Shown here piece by piece: positions 1 to 9,856 of a stretch of DNA of 64,000 nt. The notes beneath the pieces were generated by a model. It saw only the letters and a list, made by a program, of their open reading frames with translations, ran no database searches and had not been told where the DNA came from. Source of the DNA: Spirochaetia bacterium (lineage in GTDB: Bacteria; Spirochaetota; Spirochaetia; SZUA-6; Bin103); assembly GCA_965208575.1 (NCBI GenBank), contig CBDBOV010000003.1, forward strand, positions 288,001-352,000, given 5' to 3'. Numbering within the stretch: position 1 is the stretch's first letter; every line of letters starts with the position of its first letter. A program made the position numbers and the translations under genes.

Positions 1-282
1 GTGAAGTGCAGATGGAAGTTCGGTCGGCGGGCCAGCCAGTCATGAATCATCGCCGTCTTGTGGGTACCGTCCACAACACCACCGCTCGCTCCGGTGGATG
101 CAGGTACAGGCCGTCCGTGTCGTGCCAAGCTTGTCCGCTACTTCCAGGTCACTCTTCCCGGTCGCGCTCTCCAAAATGATCCGCGCGCGCAACGCCAGTG
201 CTTGAGAAGTGGTGGTCCGCCTTACCCAGCGTCGCAATTCCTGCAGTTCCTGATCCGAAGGATCTGGAATCTGGCGTCTCGG
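1..282 (-). pseudogene. IS630-family transposase remnant, internally deleted; continues beyond window start
   Basis: Three IS630 motifs are joined out of frame: N-terminal HTH (ELRRWVRRTTTSQALALRARIILESATGKSDLEVADKLG), GLYLHPPERAVVL and GTHKTAMIHDWLARRPNFHLHF. Confidence 0.85.
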
Positions 283-490
283 TACCGACCGCGCTACGTA
301 GCCGGGGCGACGTACCGCGTGCGGCGCAGGTAGGTTGGAGGGACTTGCTTTCGTCCCTCTTGCACCGGTCGGTCGTGGCGCCGTGGGCCGGCGGGCCGGC
401 GGAGCGCCGCCGCGAGACCACCCACTCTCTACGGTCGCCGGCCGGTTCCATGGCTTGCAGCATCCCGGGGTTGTGCGTAGAGTCTCGTTC

Positions 491-965
491 ATGAGCCACG
501 CTGCTCTCCCGACCGACTCGGCAAAAGGCGCGATGGCGGCGCCTGTCGCTCCGGTCATTCCGCTGGAGAATGGAGATCGGCTGCCCCGTTGCGAGTTTGA
601 GCGGCGCTATCTCGCCCAGCCCGAGATCAAGAAGGCGGAACTGATCGAGGGGGTAGTCCATGTGCCGTCGCCCGTCCGCGCGACCCATGCCGAGAAGCAC
701 GGCGACCTGTTGGCATGGCTGCGCGTTTACAGCGCATCGACCCCCGGCGTCTCGGTGCTCGACAACGCCACCGTGCGTCTGGACCTCGACAACGAGCCGC
801 AGCCCGACGTGCTCATGCGCATCAAGCCGGCCGCCATCGGCCGGTCGCGACTCGACGCCGACGACTACGTGAGCGGAGCGCCCGAGTTGGTGGTCGAAGT
901 GGTGGCGAGCAGCGCAGCCTACGACCTGCATGACAAGCTGCACGCCTACCGCCGCAACGGGGTGC
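491..965 (+). pseudogene. Uma2-family endonuclease, 5' part (interrupted by insertion)
   Basis: LENGDRL..EFERRY..KKAELIEGVV..EPQPD..GAPELVVEV..YDLHDK..YRRNGV; frame resumes at 6743. Confidence 0.92.
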
Positions 966-1275
966 CCTATTGCCTCACGTAAAAATCTAACCTTACGGTG
1001 AGCGTGCCTCACGTAAGAATCTAACCGAAAGGGAGGCGGAGAACGAGGGGGGAGCGCGAGGGGGGAGACTCATAAATTGTGGATAAGTGGATAGGCTGCT
1101 GGGCGACCGGCCGGGTTGATTCAAGCACACCAACGCGACCGGGGGCGTATCTGGTTGGTCGGCGCGGATGAGGAGGCGTCAACGGCAGGGAGGTGGTCGG
1201 TGCCGTGTCGTGTCGCTGACCGAAGAGGGGGCGGACGGGTCTGGAGGCGACTTCGGTGCTGGTGACACGGGGATG

Positions 1276-1327
1276 TCCAGACACCACCTCGTGTCGCGGA
1301 GAGGCCTTACAGCGCGGCTGAGGCGAC
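1276..1327. repeat. 52-bp direct repeat, copy 1 (copy 2 at 3248-3299)
   Basis: TCCAGACACCACCTCGTGTCG...GCTGAGGCGAC, 2 mismatches between copies. Confidence 0.9.
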
Positions 1328-1657
1328 ATTTCTTGACGCCGACCGTCTGGCTCACGGATATACGGGCGTCAGAGACGCTCAGAAGTCATTTGCCGAGCCG
1401 GGTGATGCCGCCCACGCCGCGAGCGGCGCGCAGGTTGCTGCGGAGCGCACGGAGCGAGGCGCCCCGGACAACTGCACCGAGGTGCGTTGCCCGGGGCAGG
1501 GTCATGACAATTCCCCACCGCCGGGACGGGGTAGGCGACGAGGTTGCGACACCGGAGCCGTCGGGATCGAACGGGGCGGAGGAGATGCTGTACCCCGCTG
1601 ACGGACGGAGGGCGTAGCCCGACCGGAGTCAGCCGGCGCGGTGCCGTGGAGGCCACC

Positions 1658-3217
1658 GTGGACGACGCCGAGATGGCGGACCAGGCAGCCAAGCTGCTCG
1701 CTTCCGGGATGAGCGGCTCAGCCTGCGCTCGCGAACTCGGCATCCCGGTGAGCACCTTCAACGAGAACCGCCGCGCCGGCGTCATCACAGATCCCACCCG
1801 GGAGCCCGCCGCCAGCGCCGAGGTTGCGCCGGCGGCCACCACCACTGATCACCCGGTCAGCACCGCCGCCGCGGTCAGCGACCCGGCGGTCGCCACTGAG
1901 CGCGCCAGCCGCGACGCCCGCGACAAGCACGCGCCCATGGGCCGCGCGGCGCGCGACGTGGAACGCCGCACGCTCGCCAGAGCCGGCCTGCTGACCGAGG
2001 CCACACCAGCGTTCGTCGAGCCCGCCCACGCGGTCGCTGGCGGCGGCGTGCTGGCCGCACTGGCGATGCTGCTGCGCGAGGGCCTGCTCACCGCCGCCAA
2101 CCGCCTGTTCCGCCTGCCGGCCGGATTCTACGGCCTGACCACCATCCTCCTGTTCGTCGCCTGCATGACCCTGGCCCGGGTGCGCAACCCCGAGAGCCTG
2201 CGCTACCAGGCACCCGGCGAGTGGGGCGCCATCCTCGGCCTCGACCGCTGTCCGGAGACCAAGACGCTGCGCCGCAAGATCAGGCTGCTGGCCAGCGCCG
2301 AGCACACCGTGCGCGATTGGCAATCGGTACTGGCGCGTACCTGGGCCAGCGAGCACGACGACGACTGGACGACGCTGGCCGTGGATGGCCACGTGAAGGT
2401 GTACACCGGGCGCAACGGGCGGTTGCCGAAACACTTCGTCGCACGCCAGAAGCTGTGTCTGCCGGCGTCGGTGAGCTACTGGATCAACGCCCTCGGCGGC
2501 GCACCGCTGCTGTGCCTGCACAAGGCGCTGGACCCGAAGCCGGTGAATGCGATCAAGCACGACGTGGTGCCGCAGTTGCAGCACCTGGGGGTGGTGACCG
2601 AAGCGGCCCCCGACCTGACCGGAGCACCGGCCGGTACCCCGCAGCTGACCCTGGTGTTCGACCGCGAGGGCTGGAGCCCGGACCTGTTCAAGCGCCTGGC
2701 CCGGCGTGGCATCGCCTGCATCACCTGGCACAAGAACTTCAACGGCGCGGACTGGCTGCCGGAAGACTTCCACACCTTCGAGGTACCGATCCATGGTCCC
2801 GCCGGCACCAGCACGACTGCGGTTGATCTGGCCGAGCAGCCGATCATGCTGCGCAACGGGCTGGTGGTGCGCCAGATCCGGCGGCGTCTGGCCAACGGTC
2901 GTCAGGTGGCGGTGATCACCACGCACCCGCAGATGCCGTTGGCGCAGGTCGCCGGCGCCATGTTCTCGCGCTGGTCGCAGGAGAACTTCTTCAAGTACCT
3001 GCGCGAGCAGTTCAACCTTGACGCGCTGCCGAGCCATGACCTTGCGCCGCCGGAGCCCGACGCACGGGTCGTGAACCGGTGCGCCGGGCCCTGGAAAAGA
3101 GCATCAGGCGGGTACGCAGCCGGCTGGCAGCGGTCCGCAATCGCCTCGCCGAGGCACTGCAGGGACGGCACCGGGACTCCGCCACCCGGCTTACGGTCGC
3201 GGATAAAGTTGCACTGA
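1658..3217 (+). pseudogene. Putative DDE transposase (unclassified family), frameshifted near 3079 and 3'-truncated
   Basis: PGEWGAILGLDRCPETKTLRRK, VDGHVKVY, LVFDREGWS, RWSQENFFKY; coding frame shifts after VVN; GGAGG before GTG 1658. Confidence 0.75.
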
Positions 3218-3247
3218 ATTGCATGGTTATGCATAGACACGGGGGTA

Positions 3248-3299
3248 TCCAGACACCACCTCGTGTCGTGGAGGGGCCTTACAGCGCGGCTGAGGCGAC
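3248..3299. repeat. 52-bp direct repeat, copy 2
   Basis: Matches 1276-1327. Confidence 0.9.
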
Positions 3300-3359
3300 G
3301 TTTTCTCATCGCTGACCGCCCATTCTCCGATTATCGACCGTCAGACCCGCCTGAGAGGG

Positions 3360-4634
3360 TCATTTTGCCGTGCGACCGCTGCCACCACGCTCCTCGCTCG
3401 GTGTTTGCACCGTGCTTGGTGCGGCCTTGGCGGTCTTGCTGACGTTCAGCTGCAGCAGATCCTCGGTCAACCTGGTCAGCTCGCGCTTGAGGGCGACCGG
3501 ATTCAACGTCGCGTACTGCTGCTTGAGGCGGTTCTTCACCTTCTCGCTCACCGACTCGGAGGCCAGCATGCGGTGATACGGCGTCTGCGGGTCGTCATAG
3601 ATGCGGCGCACCTTGCTGCCGGTGCGGGTTTTCTTCACCAGCTTCACCGAGGGATAGAAGAAGTTCACCAGCAGGCACAGCGGGCGGTATATCGCGTTGA
3701 GGGCAGCCAGTTCCCGGTCGGTGTCGTAACGCAGGTGGCCGACCGCCCGTCGCACCACGTGGCCATTCTTCTGCTCGACGTAGCAGGTGTCGTTCTTGCG
3801 ATGCGGGCGACCCCGAGTGAACGTGATGCCGTGCGCTTCGCAATAGCGCAGCAAATGATGATTGATGAACTCGCTGCCGTTGTCGGTGTCGATCCCCCGC
3901 ATCACGATCGGCAGGCTCTGCCGGGCAGCGTCGATCGCCTCGTGGGTCCAGCGCTGCGCCTTGTTCTGCACGCCGTACAGGTCGACCCAGCCGGTGTCAA
4001 CGTCGGTGATGGTGAGCGTGTGGCAGAAGTCGCCTGACGCGTTGCCGCCTTCATGGCCCACCAAGTCGATCTCGAAGAAGCCCGGCTCCTGCTCGTCCCA
4101 GTCAGCGAAGGTTCGGATCGCGATCTGATCCTTCAGGAGGGTGCCCGGCTTGGTGTGCGTGCGACCCTTCAGGCGCAGCCGTGCGCGCTCCTGCTGCAGC
4201 AGCCGGTCGATGGTCGCGGCGCTGATGGTCTGCAGCTTGCCGCGCACCGCTGCGGTCAGCTCGATCTCGCCGAACGACTCCAGCGTCGGCAGCATGGTGC
4301 GCAGCACGACCACCAGGCGCTTGCCGCACATGCAGTCGAACACGTACCAGATCAGCTTCAGAGCGACCAGCACCTCCTGGTCGTAGCGCCGCGGTCGCAC
4401 GCGGCGCTGGGCAGGCCGCGGACGCCCGACCACCAGCTTCACCAGTGTGCCGTCGACTCGCACCATGCGGGTCCGTCCCCACCAGGTCAACAGATGGATC
4501 GCGTACTTGCGCTGGTACCCGGTCGACTCGACGAACTCGTCGAGTATGCGCCCCTTCTCCTTCTTGCCCGCCCGACGATACCGCTGCGCGTGCTGCTCGG
4601 TGAGCTCTCGCCTTGAACTCATCTTCAACCCCAT
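3360..4634 (-). CDS. DDE-type integrase/transposase (rve core; IS481-related/ISNCY)
   Basis: YQRKYAIHLL, ISAATIDRLL, PGFFEIDLVGH, IDTDNGSEFIN, NDTCYVEQKN; GGAGGAG just upstream. Confidence 0.9.
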   Translation of the reverse strand: MGLKMSSRRELTEQHAQRYRRAGKKEKGRILDEFVESTGYQRKYAIHLLTWWGRTRMVRVDGTLVKLVVGRPRPAQRRVRPRRYDQEVLVALKLIWYVFDCMCGKRLVVVLRTMLPTLESFGEIELTAAVRGKLQTISAATIDRLLQQERARLRLKGRTHTKPGTLLKDQIAIRTFADWDEQEPGFFEIDLVGHEGGNASGDFCHTLTITDVDTGWVDLYGVQNKAQRWTHEAIDAARQSLPIVMRGIDTDNGSEFINHHLLRYCEAHGITFTRGRPHRKNDTCYVEQKNGHVVRRAVGHLRYDTDRELAALNAIYRPLCLLVNFFYPSVKLVKKTRTGSKVRRIYDDPQTPYHRMLASESVSEKVKNRLKQQYATLNPVALKRELTRLTEDLLQLNVSKTAKAAPSTVQTPSEERGGSGRTAK

Positions 4635-4861
4635 CTCCTCCGGAACCTCCTCACGTCCCTCGGAGAGGCTCCAACCGGACCCGGAAGGTCCAGCCCGTTC
4701 GGTTAGATTTTTAGATGAGGCATGCTTTCGCTACGGTTAGACCGAGGTTTGAGAGGCCGTTCTTGTAACTGTTTCCTATTACAGGAATTAGCGTGTTCAT
4801 GGGTGTAAATCGTGTCCATGTAAATAGTCCTGTGGTTCAGCGTTAATTTTCTCTCATCTGG

Positions 4862-4891
4862 TTGACATGTAATTATTAAATGATCTACCAT
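4862..4891 (+). promoter_or_regulatory. Candidate sigma70 promoter of the IS1634 transposase
   Basis: TTGACA-18 nt-TACCAT upstream of ATG 4910. Confidence 0.45.
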
Positions 4892-4909
4892 TCCCTCCGT
4901 AGGGTGCCC

Positions 4910-6640
4910 ATGTACATCGACACCGTCCCCAACCGCAACTCTCCCCCAGCCGTCCTCCTCCGCGAGTCCTTCCGCCAGCACGGCAAGGTCAAAAAACGCA
5001 CCATCGCCAACCTCTCCAAGTGGCCCGATCACCTCGTCGAGGGTTTGCGCGTCCTCCTCAACGGCGGTATCGCTCTGCGCTCTCCCAACGAACTGCTCTC
5101 CATCTTGCGCAGCTATCCCCACGGCCACGTCGCCGCCGTCCTCGGTTCCCTCCGCAAGCTCTCCCTCCATTCCCTCGTCGCTCGTCCCGCCTCCCGTGAA
5201 CGCGACCTGGTCGTCGCCATGATCGTCGCTCGCGTCGTCGACGCTCGCTCCAAACTCGCCACCGCTCGCGGCCTGAACCCCGAAAGCGCCGTCTCCTCCC
5301 TCGGCCACCTGCTGCAGTTGGGAGCCGTCGACGAGAATGAGCTGTATGCCGCCATGGATTGGCTGCTCGCTCGCCAGCACGGCATCGAGCAGCGCTTGGC
5401 CAAGCGCCATCTGCATGACAACACGCTCATGTTGTACGACCTGACTTCCAGTTACTTCCATGGCCACACCTGCCCGTTGGCGCGCCGTGGTCACAGCCGC
5501 GACGGCAAACGCGGCACCTTGCAGATCGTGTTCGGCCTGCTGTGTACCGCAGACGGCTGTCCCATCGCCGTCGAGGTATTCGAGGGCTCCACCAGTGACC
5601 CCAAGACGGTCGCCGCTCAGGTCGACAAGATTCGCAACCGTTTCGGCTTGCAGCGCGTCGTGCTGGTCGGCGACCGCGGCATGCTCACCGGCGCGCGCAT
5701 CCGCGAGGACCTGCAGGGGATCGACGGCCTGCGCTGGATCACGACCCTGCGGGCGCCCACCATCCGCAAGCTGATCGAGGCCGGCGAAGTGGCGCAGACC
5801 ATGTTCGACGAGCGTGACCTGGCGGAGATCAGCTCACCCGAGTTCCCCGGCGAGCGGCTGATCGTGTGCCGCAACCCGATCCTGGCCGAGCAACGGCAGC
5901 GCAAGAGGCAGAAGTTGCTGGCCTCCACGGAGGAGGAACTGACGCCGATCGTGACGGCCACGCAGCGCGCCAAAAAGCCGCTGCGCGGCGCCGCCGCGAT
6001 CGGCCTGCGGGTGGGCAAGGTGATCAACCACTACAAGGTGGGCAAGCATTTCACCACCACCATCACCGACGACTCGTTCTCGTTCGTGCGTGACCTGGAC
6101 AAGATCGCGGCCGAGGAAGAACTGGACGGGCTCTACATCGTGCGCTCCAACGTGGAGCCGGAGCTGTTCGACGCCGAGCAGACGGTGACGGCGTACAAGG
6201 ATCTGGCCAAGGTGGAGCGCGCCTTCCGCAGCATGAAAACGGTGGATCTGAAGGTGCGACCGATCTATCACCGCAGTGCTGACCGGGTGCGGGCGCACGT
6301 GTTCCTGTGCATGCTGGCCTACTACGTGGAGTGGCACATGCGCAGCAAGCTGGCGCCGGTGCTGTTCGACGACCACGACCGCGCCGCCGGCGAGGCGCTG
6401 CGCGAGTCGGTGGTGCAACCGGCGGAACGCTCACCGGCCGCACACCGGAAGGCGGCGAGCAAGCGTACCGACGACGGTCTGCCGGTGCACAGCTTTCGCA
6501 GCCTGATGAGCGAGTTGGGGACGCTGACGGCCAACCGCGTGCGGATAGTGGATAGCGGCGCCACGTTCACCATGCACAGCGAACCGACCGCGCTGCAGCA
6601 GCGCTGTTTCGATCTCCTGGAGGTCAGCGCCCAAGTGTAG
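4910..6640 (+). CDS. IS1634-family transposase
   Basis: MYIDTVPNRNSPPAVLLRES, LYDLTSSYF, VGDRGML, VERAFRSMKT, RPIYH..RVRAHVFLCMLAYY. Confidence 0.95.
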   Translation: MYIDTVPNRNSPPAVLLRESFRQHGKVKKRTIANLSKWPDHLVEGLRVLLNGGIALRSPNELLSILRSYPHGHVAAVLGSLRKLSLHSLVARPASRERDLVVAMIVARVVDARSKLATARGLNPESAVSSLGHLLQLGAVDENELYAAMDWLLARQHGIEQRLAKRHLHDNTLMLYDLTSSYFHGHTCPLARRGHSRDGKRGTLQIVFGLLCTADGCPIAVEVFEGSTSDPKTVAAQVDKIRNRFGLQRVVLVGDRGMLTGARIREDLQGIDGLRWITTLRAPTIRKLIEAGEVAQTMFDERDLAEISSPEFPGERLIVCRNPILAEQRQRKRQKLLASTEEELTPIVTATQRAKKPLRGAAAIGLRVGKVINHYKVGKHFTTTITDDSFSFVRDLDKIAAEEELDGLYIVRSNVEPELFDAEQTVTAYKDLAKVERAFRSMKTVDLKVRPIYHRSADRVRAHVFLCMLAYYVEWHMRSKLAPVLFDDHDRAAGEALRESVVQPAERSPAAHRKAASKRTDDGLPVHSFRSLMSELGTLTANRVRIVDSGATFTMHSEPTALQQRCFDLLEVSAQV

Positions 6641-6742
6641 CCAGTAACGGACATCGGCTGTTGAGCGCAATTTTCAGATCAATAACGAATTAACAAGATT
6701 CCCGCTCTGGAACTTCGGGTTAGATTTTCGATGAGTCAATGC

Positions 6743-6999
6743 GGGTGCTGGAGTACCTGGTGTGGCGGGTATACGATGACGTAATCGACTGGTTCGTGCT
6801 TACCGAAGACGAGTACCGGCCCCTGGCGCCGGATGCCGCCGGGATTCTGTACAGCCAGACGTTCGCCGGTCTGCGCCTTGCCTCCAACGCGCTCCTCGCC
6901 GGCGACTTCGCCGGCGTGCTGTCCGAGTTGAGCAACGGCATCGCCACCCCTGAGCATTCCGCGTTCGTCGCCAAACTGGGATCGGCGTCCGCTCGATAG
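6743..6999 (+). pseudogene. Uma2-family endonuclease, 3' part
   Basis: GVLEYLVWRVYDDVIDWF..GILYSQTFAGLRL..GIATPEHSAFV, the typical Uma2 C-terminus. Confidence 0.92.
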
Positions 7000-7142
7000 T
7001 CCGCCTCTCAGGTGCCGCGGTCGCGGAGTCAGCGGTCACGTAGCGTCGTCCAGTCACTCGGGTCGACGGCGGCACCCGCGCCCGCGCAGTCCGGCCCACC
7101 GTCCCGTATGCAGTCCACCCGGTCGCAATCGGCGCCACCCTG

Positions 7143-7205
7143 GTGCGCCACGTGCTGCCCAACATCGCCGCGCCGCTGATCGTGATCTTCAGCATCAACG
7201 TCGGC
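7143..7205 (+). pseudogene. Short relic of an ABC permease (DppC-like)
   Basis: VRHVLPNIAAPLIVIFSINVG, homologous to ~11385-11447. Confidence 0.8.
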
Positions 7206-7206
7206 A

Positions 7207-7380
7207 GCGTGGATCATCGCGATGGAGGAATTCGCGAACGGCGGATCGCCCGCTCCACCACGCTGGCCGATCTGAGCCCGGCATCCGTGGGCCGTGTGCT
7301 GGCGCCGCTGCGCCGCGGCGATGACCTGCTGGCCGAACTGCTCGACGATGATCGGGATTGATACGACGTTCCTGGATGAG
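7207..7380 (+). pseudogene. Relic TA pair: antitoxin C-terminus plus first codons of a PIN toxin
   Basis: ..LSPASVGRVLAPLRRGDDLLAELLDDDRD* overlaps MIGIDTTFL (ATG 7348), a PIN-like N-terminal strand. Confidence 0.55.
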
Positions 7381-7467
7381 AGGCCACGGGCTCGGTCGCA
7401 AACGACTGCTCGACACAGTCAGTCGATTGCCCTGGCACTACCTGCAACTGCTCTTGACGAAACGCGT

Positions 7468-7496
7468 TTGACACCTGGCCTCGTCCATGCCATGGT
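7468..7496 (+). promoter_or_regulatory. Candidate sigma70 promoter, ABC operon copy 1
   Basis: TTGACA-17 nt-CATGGT; copy 2 has TTGACA-17-CACGGT at 13538-13566; coincides with the left edge of the duplication. Confidence 0.4.
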
Positions 7497-7973
7497 TGCG
7501 CGAAGCGGGCCGATGCGTATGACGCGTAACGACACCCTTCAGCGTTGCTTCCGGACGGTGGTCTTGCAACCGGTGCGCCCCCCGGCCGCGGAGGCGATAC
7601 ACCTAACTCTCCATCCTGCAGAAACAACCGAACGCTCCGGGCGACCGGGCGGCGCGTACGGGTGCTCCTGCGCGTGCCCTCGCCTTCGGCATCACACCGT
7701 CGACTATCGAACTACCGAGCCAGACCATCCGGGCGGCCCAGGCGGCAACCCGCGCGTGAGATCCGCCAAACGGGGAGGTGCACGTTGGTACGCAAGGAAC
7801 CACGCCACGCGCGCGGCCTGAGCCCATGAGCCCATGAGGCACCCGCCGCGCGCACGACGATCCGTGATTGCCGCCGCTGTTTGGCCGCCCGCGTTGCGGG
7901 CGCGAGAGTGGCAGGGAGCGGCAACTCACCATGGCAGAACTCTCAACACACAGAGAATCGAGGAGTGATCAAT

Positions 7974-9773
7974 ATGGATCTTCCAAGAATCGCACACACC
8001 TTCGTGTGTGTGCTCGTGCTCGGCTTGGCCGCAACCGGCCTGTGGGCGGCTGCGGCGGAAGAGGAGCCGGCCGCGGCGATGGAGAAGGAAATGGTGCGCG
8101 ACCCGGCCACCGGCGAGATGGTCAGCGCGCCTGAGTATGGCGGGACATTTACCTATGCCACGTCGCTCGAGGCTCCGCATGCCGACACCCACGTCAGTCA
8201 TCTCCCGGGGCTGGTCACCAGCGGTGTCACGGAGAAGCTCGGAATCATGGACTGGGCAGTAGACCGGGACGTGTTTTCGTTCAGTCACTGGTACATGCCG
8301 CCATCCCTCTTTGTACCGCACCTGGCTGAGAGCTGGGACACCCCTGACCCACTCACGATCATCTTCAACATTCGCCAGGGCGTGTACTGGCAAGACAAGG
8401 CACCGATGAATGGGAGAGAGCTGACCGCTGATGATGTCGTATTCAACTTTCATCGCCAGCTGGGCCTGGGCGACTTTGCCGAAGCCGGACCGAGCCCCTT
8501 TACGTATGAGCGGCCACCACTGGGCGGGTCGGTAACGGCCACCGACCGATACACGGTCGTTATCGAGCTGGCGGAGCCGAGCAGCGGAGCTCTTGGGCAG
8601 TATCTCGGCATCGGTCTCACCTACATAAACCCCCCCGAAGTCATCAAGGAACACGGTGACATGAAGGACTGGAGGAACCTGGTCGGTACCGGTCCCTACA
8701 TGCTGACCGACTGGACCGAGGGCAGCTCCATGACCTTGCAGAGGAATCCTGATTACTGGAAAGACGATGAGAAGTACCCGGGGAATCGTCTGCCCTATAT
8801 CGACGAGATACAGGGCCTTTTCATCAAAGAGGAAGCAACAATTCTGGCGGGACTGCGCACGGCCAAGATTGACTTCATGGGGAGCACTACCGGTCCGCCC
8901 AACATCACATCGGTCGAAGTGCTCGACAGCATCCGCAAGAGCAATCCCGAAATCGTGCTGCAGCCGTGGTGGAGCCGTTCCGTAAACTCGTTTGTTATGG
9001 ACGCGAGCAAGCCGCCCTTTGACGACATCAGGGTGCGCAAAGCAATGCAGATGGCAATCGACCTCGAGGGCATTGACCGCGACTTCTACAAGGGCACTTC
9101 GATGTGGCAGCCTCAGGGGATAGTGGGGGAAGGCATCACCGAGTATTTCACCCCATTTGAAGAGTGGCCAGAAGAGGTCAAGAAGGGCTATCGGTACGAT
9201 CCGGCGGGGGCGGAAGCCTTGCTGGATGAGGCCGGATATCCGCGCGGTGCGGACGGCACCAGATTCAATACCACACTGAACGTTTCTGCTACACTCGATA
9301 TAGGCTACAGCGAACTGGCTGGTACGTACTGGGCTGAGATCGGCGTCGACGTGCAGATCAACCCATGGGATACTGGCCCCTTTGGGGCTGCTCGAAGGGA
9401 CCGTACTTGGGACGGTCTGATGTGGGAGCCTCTGGGCACGAATGGTAATCCCATGTCGTATATACGCGGCTCCGTACACTCGAGCAGTATGAATGACTTG
9501 CACGGAATCAGGTATCCTGAGTTGGACTCCCTTATTGAAGCCGCCGAAGCCACTGATTCCGAACAGGAGCGGCAGAAACTGGCTAAAGAGGTGGATCTGT
9601 ACACCATGGCGAACCACTGGTGGATATGGGGCCCTAAAACCGGCAGCTACATGGCGCACCAGCCGTGGATCGCCGGCTTCAACGGTGAAGTCTGGCTGGG
9701 ACGCATGGACTTCCTCACCGTCATCGCGCGCGTCTGGATCGACAGTGCGCTGAAGGCGGAAATGGGCAATTAG
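7974..9773 (+). CDS. ABC transporter substrate-binding protein (SBP_bac_5, peptide/nickel family)
   Basis: GAGGAG RBS, signal peptide, PHLAESW, GRELTADDVVF, GTGPY, PFDDIRVRKAM, YDPAGAEALLDEAGY. Confidence 0.95.
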   Translation: MDLPRIAHTFVCVLVLGLAATGLWAAAAEEEPAAAMEKEMVRDPATGEMVSAPEYGGTFTYATSLEAPHADTHVSHLPGLVTSGVTEKLGIMDWAVDRDVFSFSHWYMPPSLFVPHLAESWDTPDPLTIIFNIRQGVYWQDKAPMNGRELTADDVVFNFHRQLGLGDFAEAGPSPFTYERPPLGGSVTATDRYTVVIELAEPSSGALGQYLGIGLTYINPPEVIKEHGDMKDWRNLVGTGPYMLTDWTEGSSMTLQRNPDYWKDDEKYPGNRLPYIDEIQGLFIKEEATILAGLRTAKIDFMGSTTGPPNITSVEVLDSIRKSNPEIVLQPWWSRSVNSFVMDASKPPFDDIRVRKAMQMAIDLEGIDRDFYKGTSMWQPQGIVGEGITEYFTPFEEWPEEVKKGYRYDPAGAEALLDEAGYPRGADGTRFNTTLNVSATLDIGYSELAGTYWAEIGVDVQINPWDTGPFGAARRDRTWDGLMWEPLGTNGNPMSYIRGSVHSSSMNDLHGIRYPELDSLIEAAEATDSEQERQKLAKEVDLYTMANHWWIWGPKTGSYMAHQPWIAGFNGEVWLGRMDFLTVIARVWIDSALKAEMGN

Positions 9774-9782
9774 CTCTCCCTC

Positions 9783-9817
9783 CGGAGGGGGACAGGACAA
9801 CGGATTGTCCTCCTCCG
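9783..9817 (+). promoter_or_regulatory. Intercistronic stem-loop after the SBP gene
   Basis: CGGAGGGGGACA...TGTCCTCCTCCG; equivalent hairpin at 15860-15890; no U-tract. Confidence 0.5.
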
Positions 9818-9856
9818 AGGGTCAGATGACGGGAAGATCGCGGTGAGGCGCAGCAC

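Larger units (their letters stand above)
4742..6718 (+). mobile_element. IS1634-family insertion sequence
   Basis: Terminal IRs CCGAGGTTTGAGAG / CCGAAGTTCCAGAG (revcomp); 6-bp TSD GTTAGA at 4736-4741 and 6719-6724. Confidence 0.92.
966..6742. mobile_element. Nested IS-like element (rve transposase) inserted in the Uma2 gene
   Basis: GGGTGC duplicated at 960-965 and 6743-6748 (true TSD 4-6 bp). Paired terminal motifs TGCCTCA-N-AAAATCTAACC at 969-992 and 1005-1026, inverted at 4701-4722 and 4735-4741/6719-6740. Removing the element restores RRNGVLEYLVW. Confidence 0.85.

Noticed and set aside
7545-7932. ORFs in the duplicated leader (also 13557-14019)
   Set aside because: Arg/Pro-rich, different starts in the two copies and no RBS; identity is explained by the duplication.
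7926-9800. 624-aa antisense ORF and similar long shadow ORFs (32050-34059, 50146-53013, 58246-59859, 47303-49246)
   Set aside because: These mirror frames of real GC-rich genes and show no motifs.
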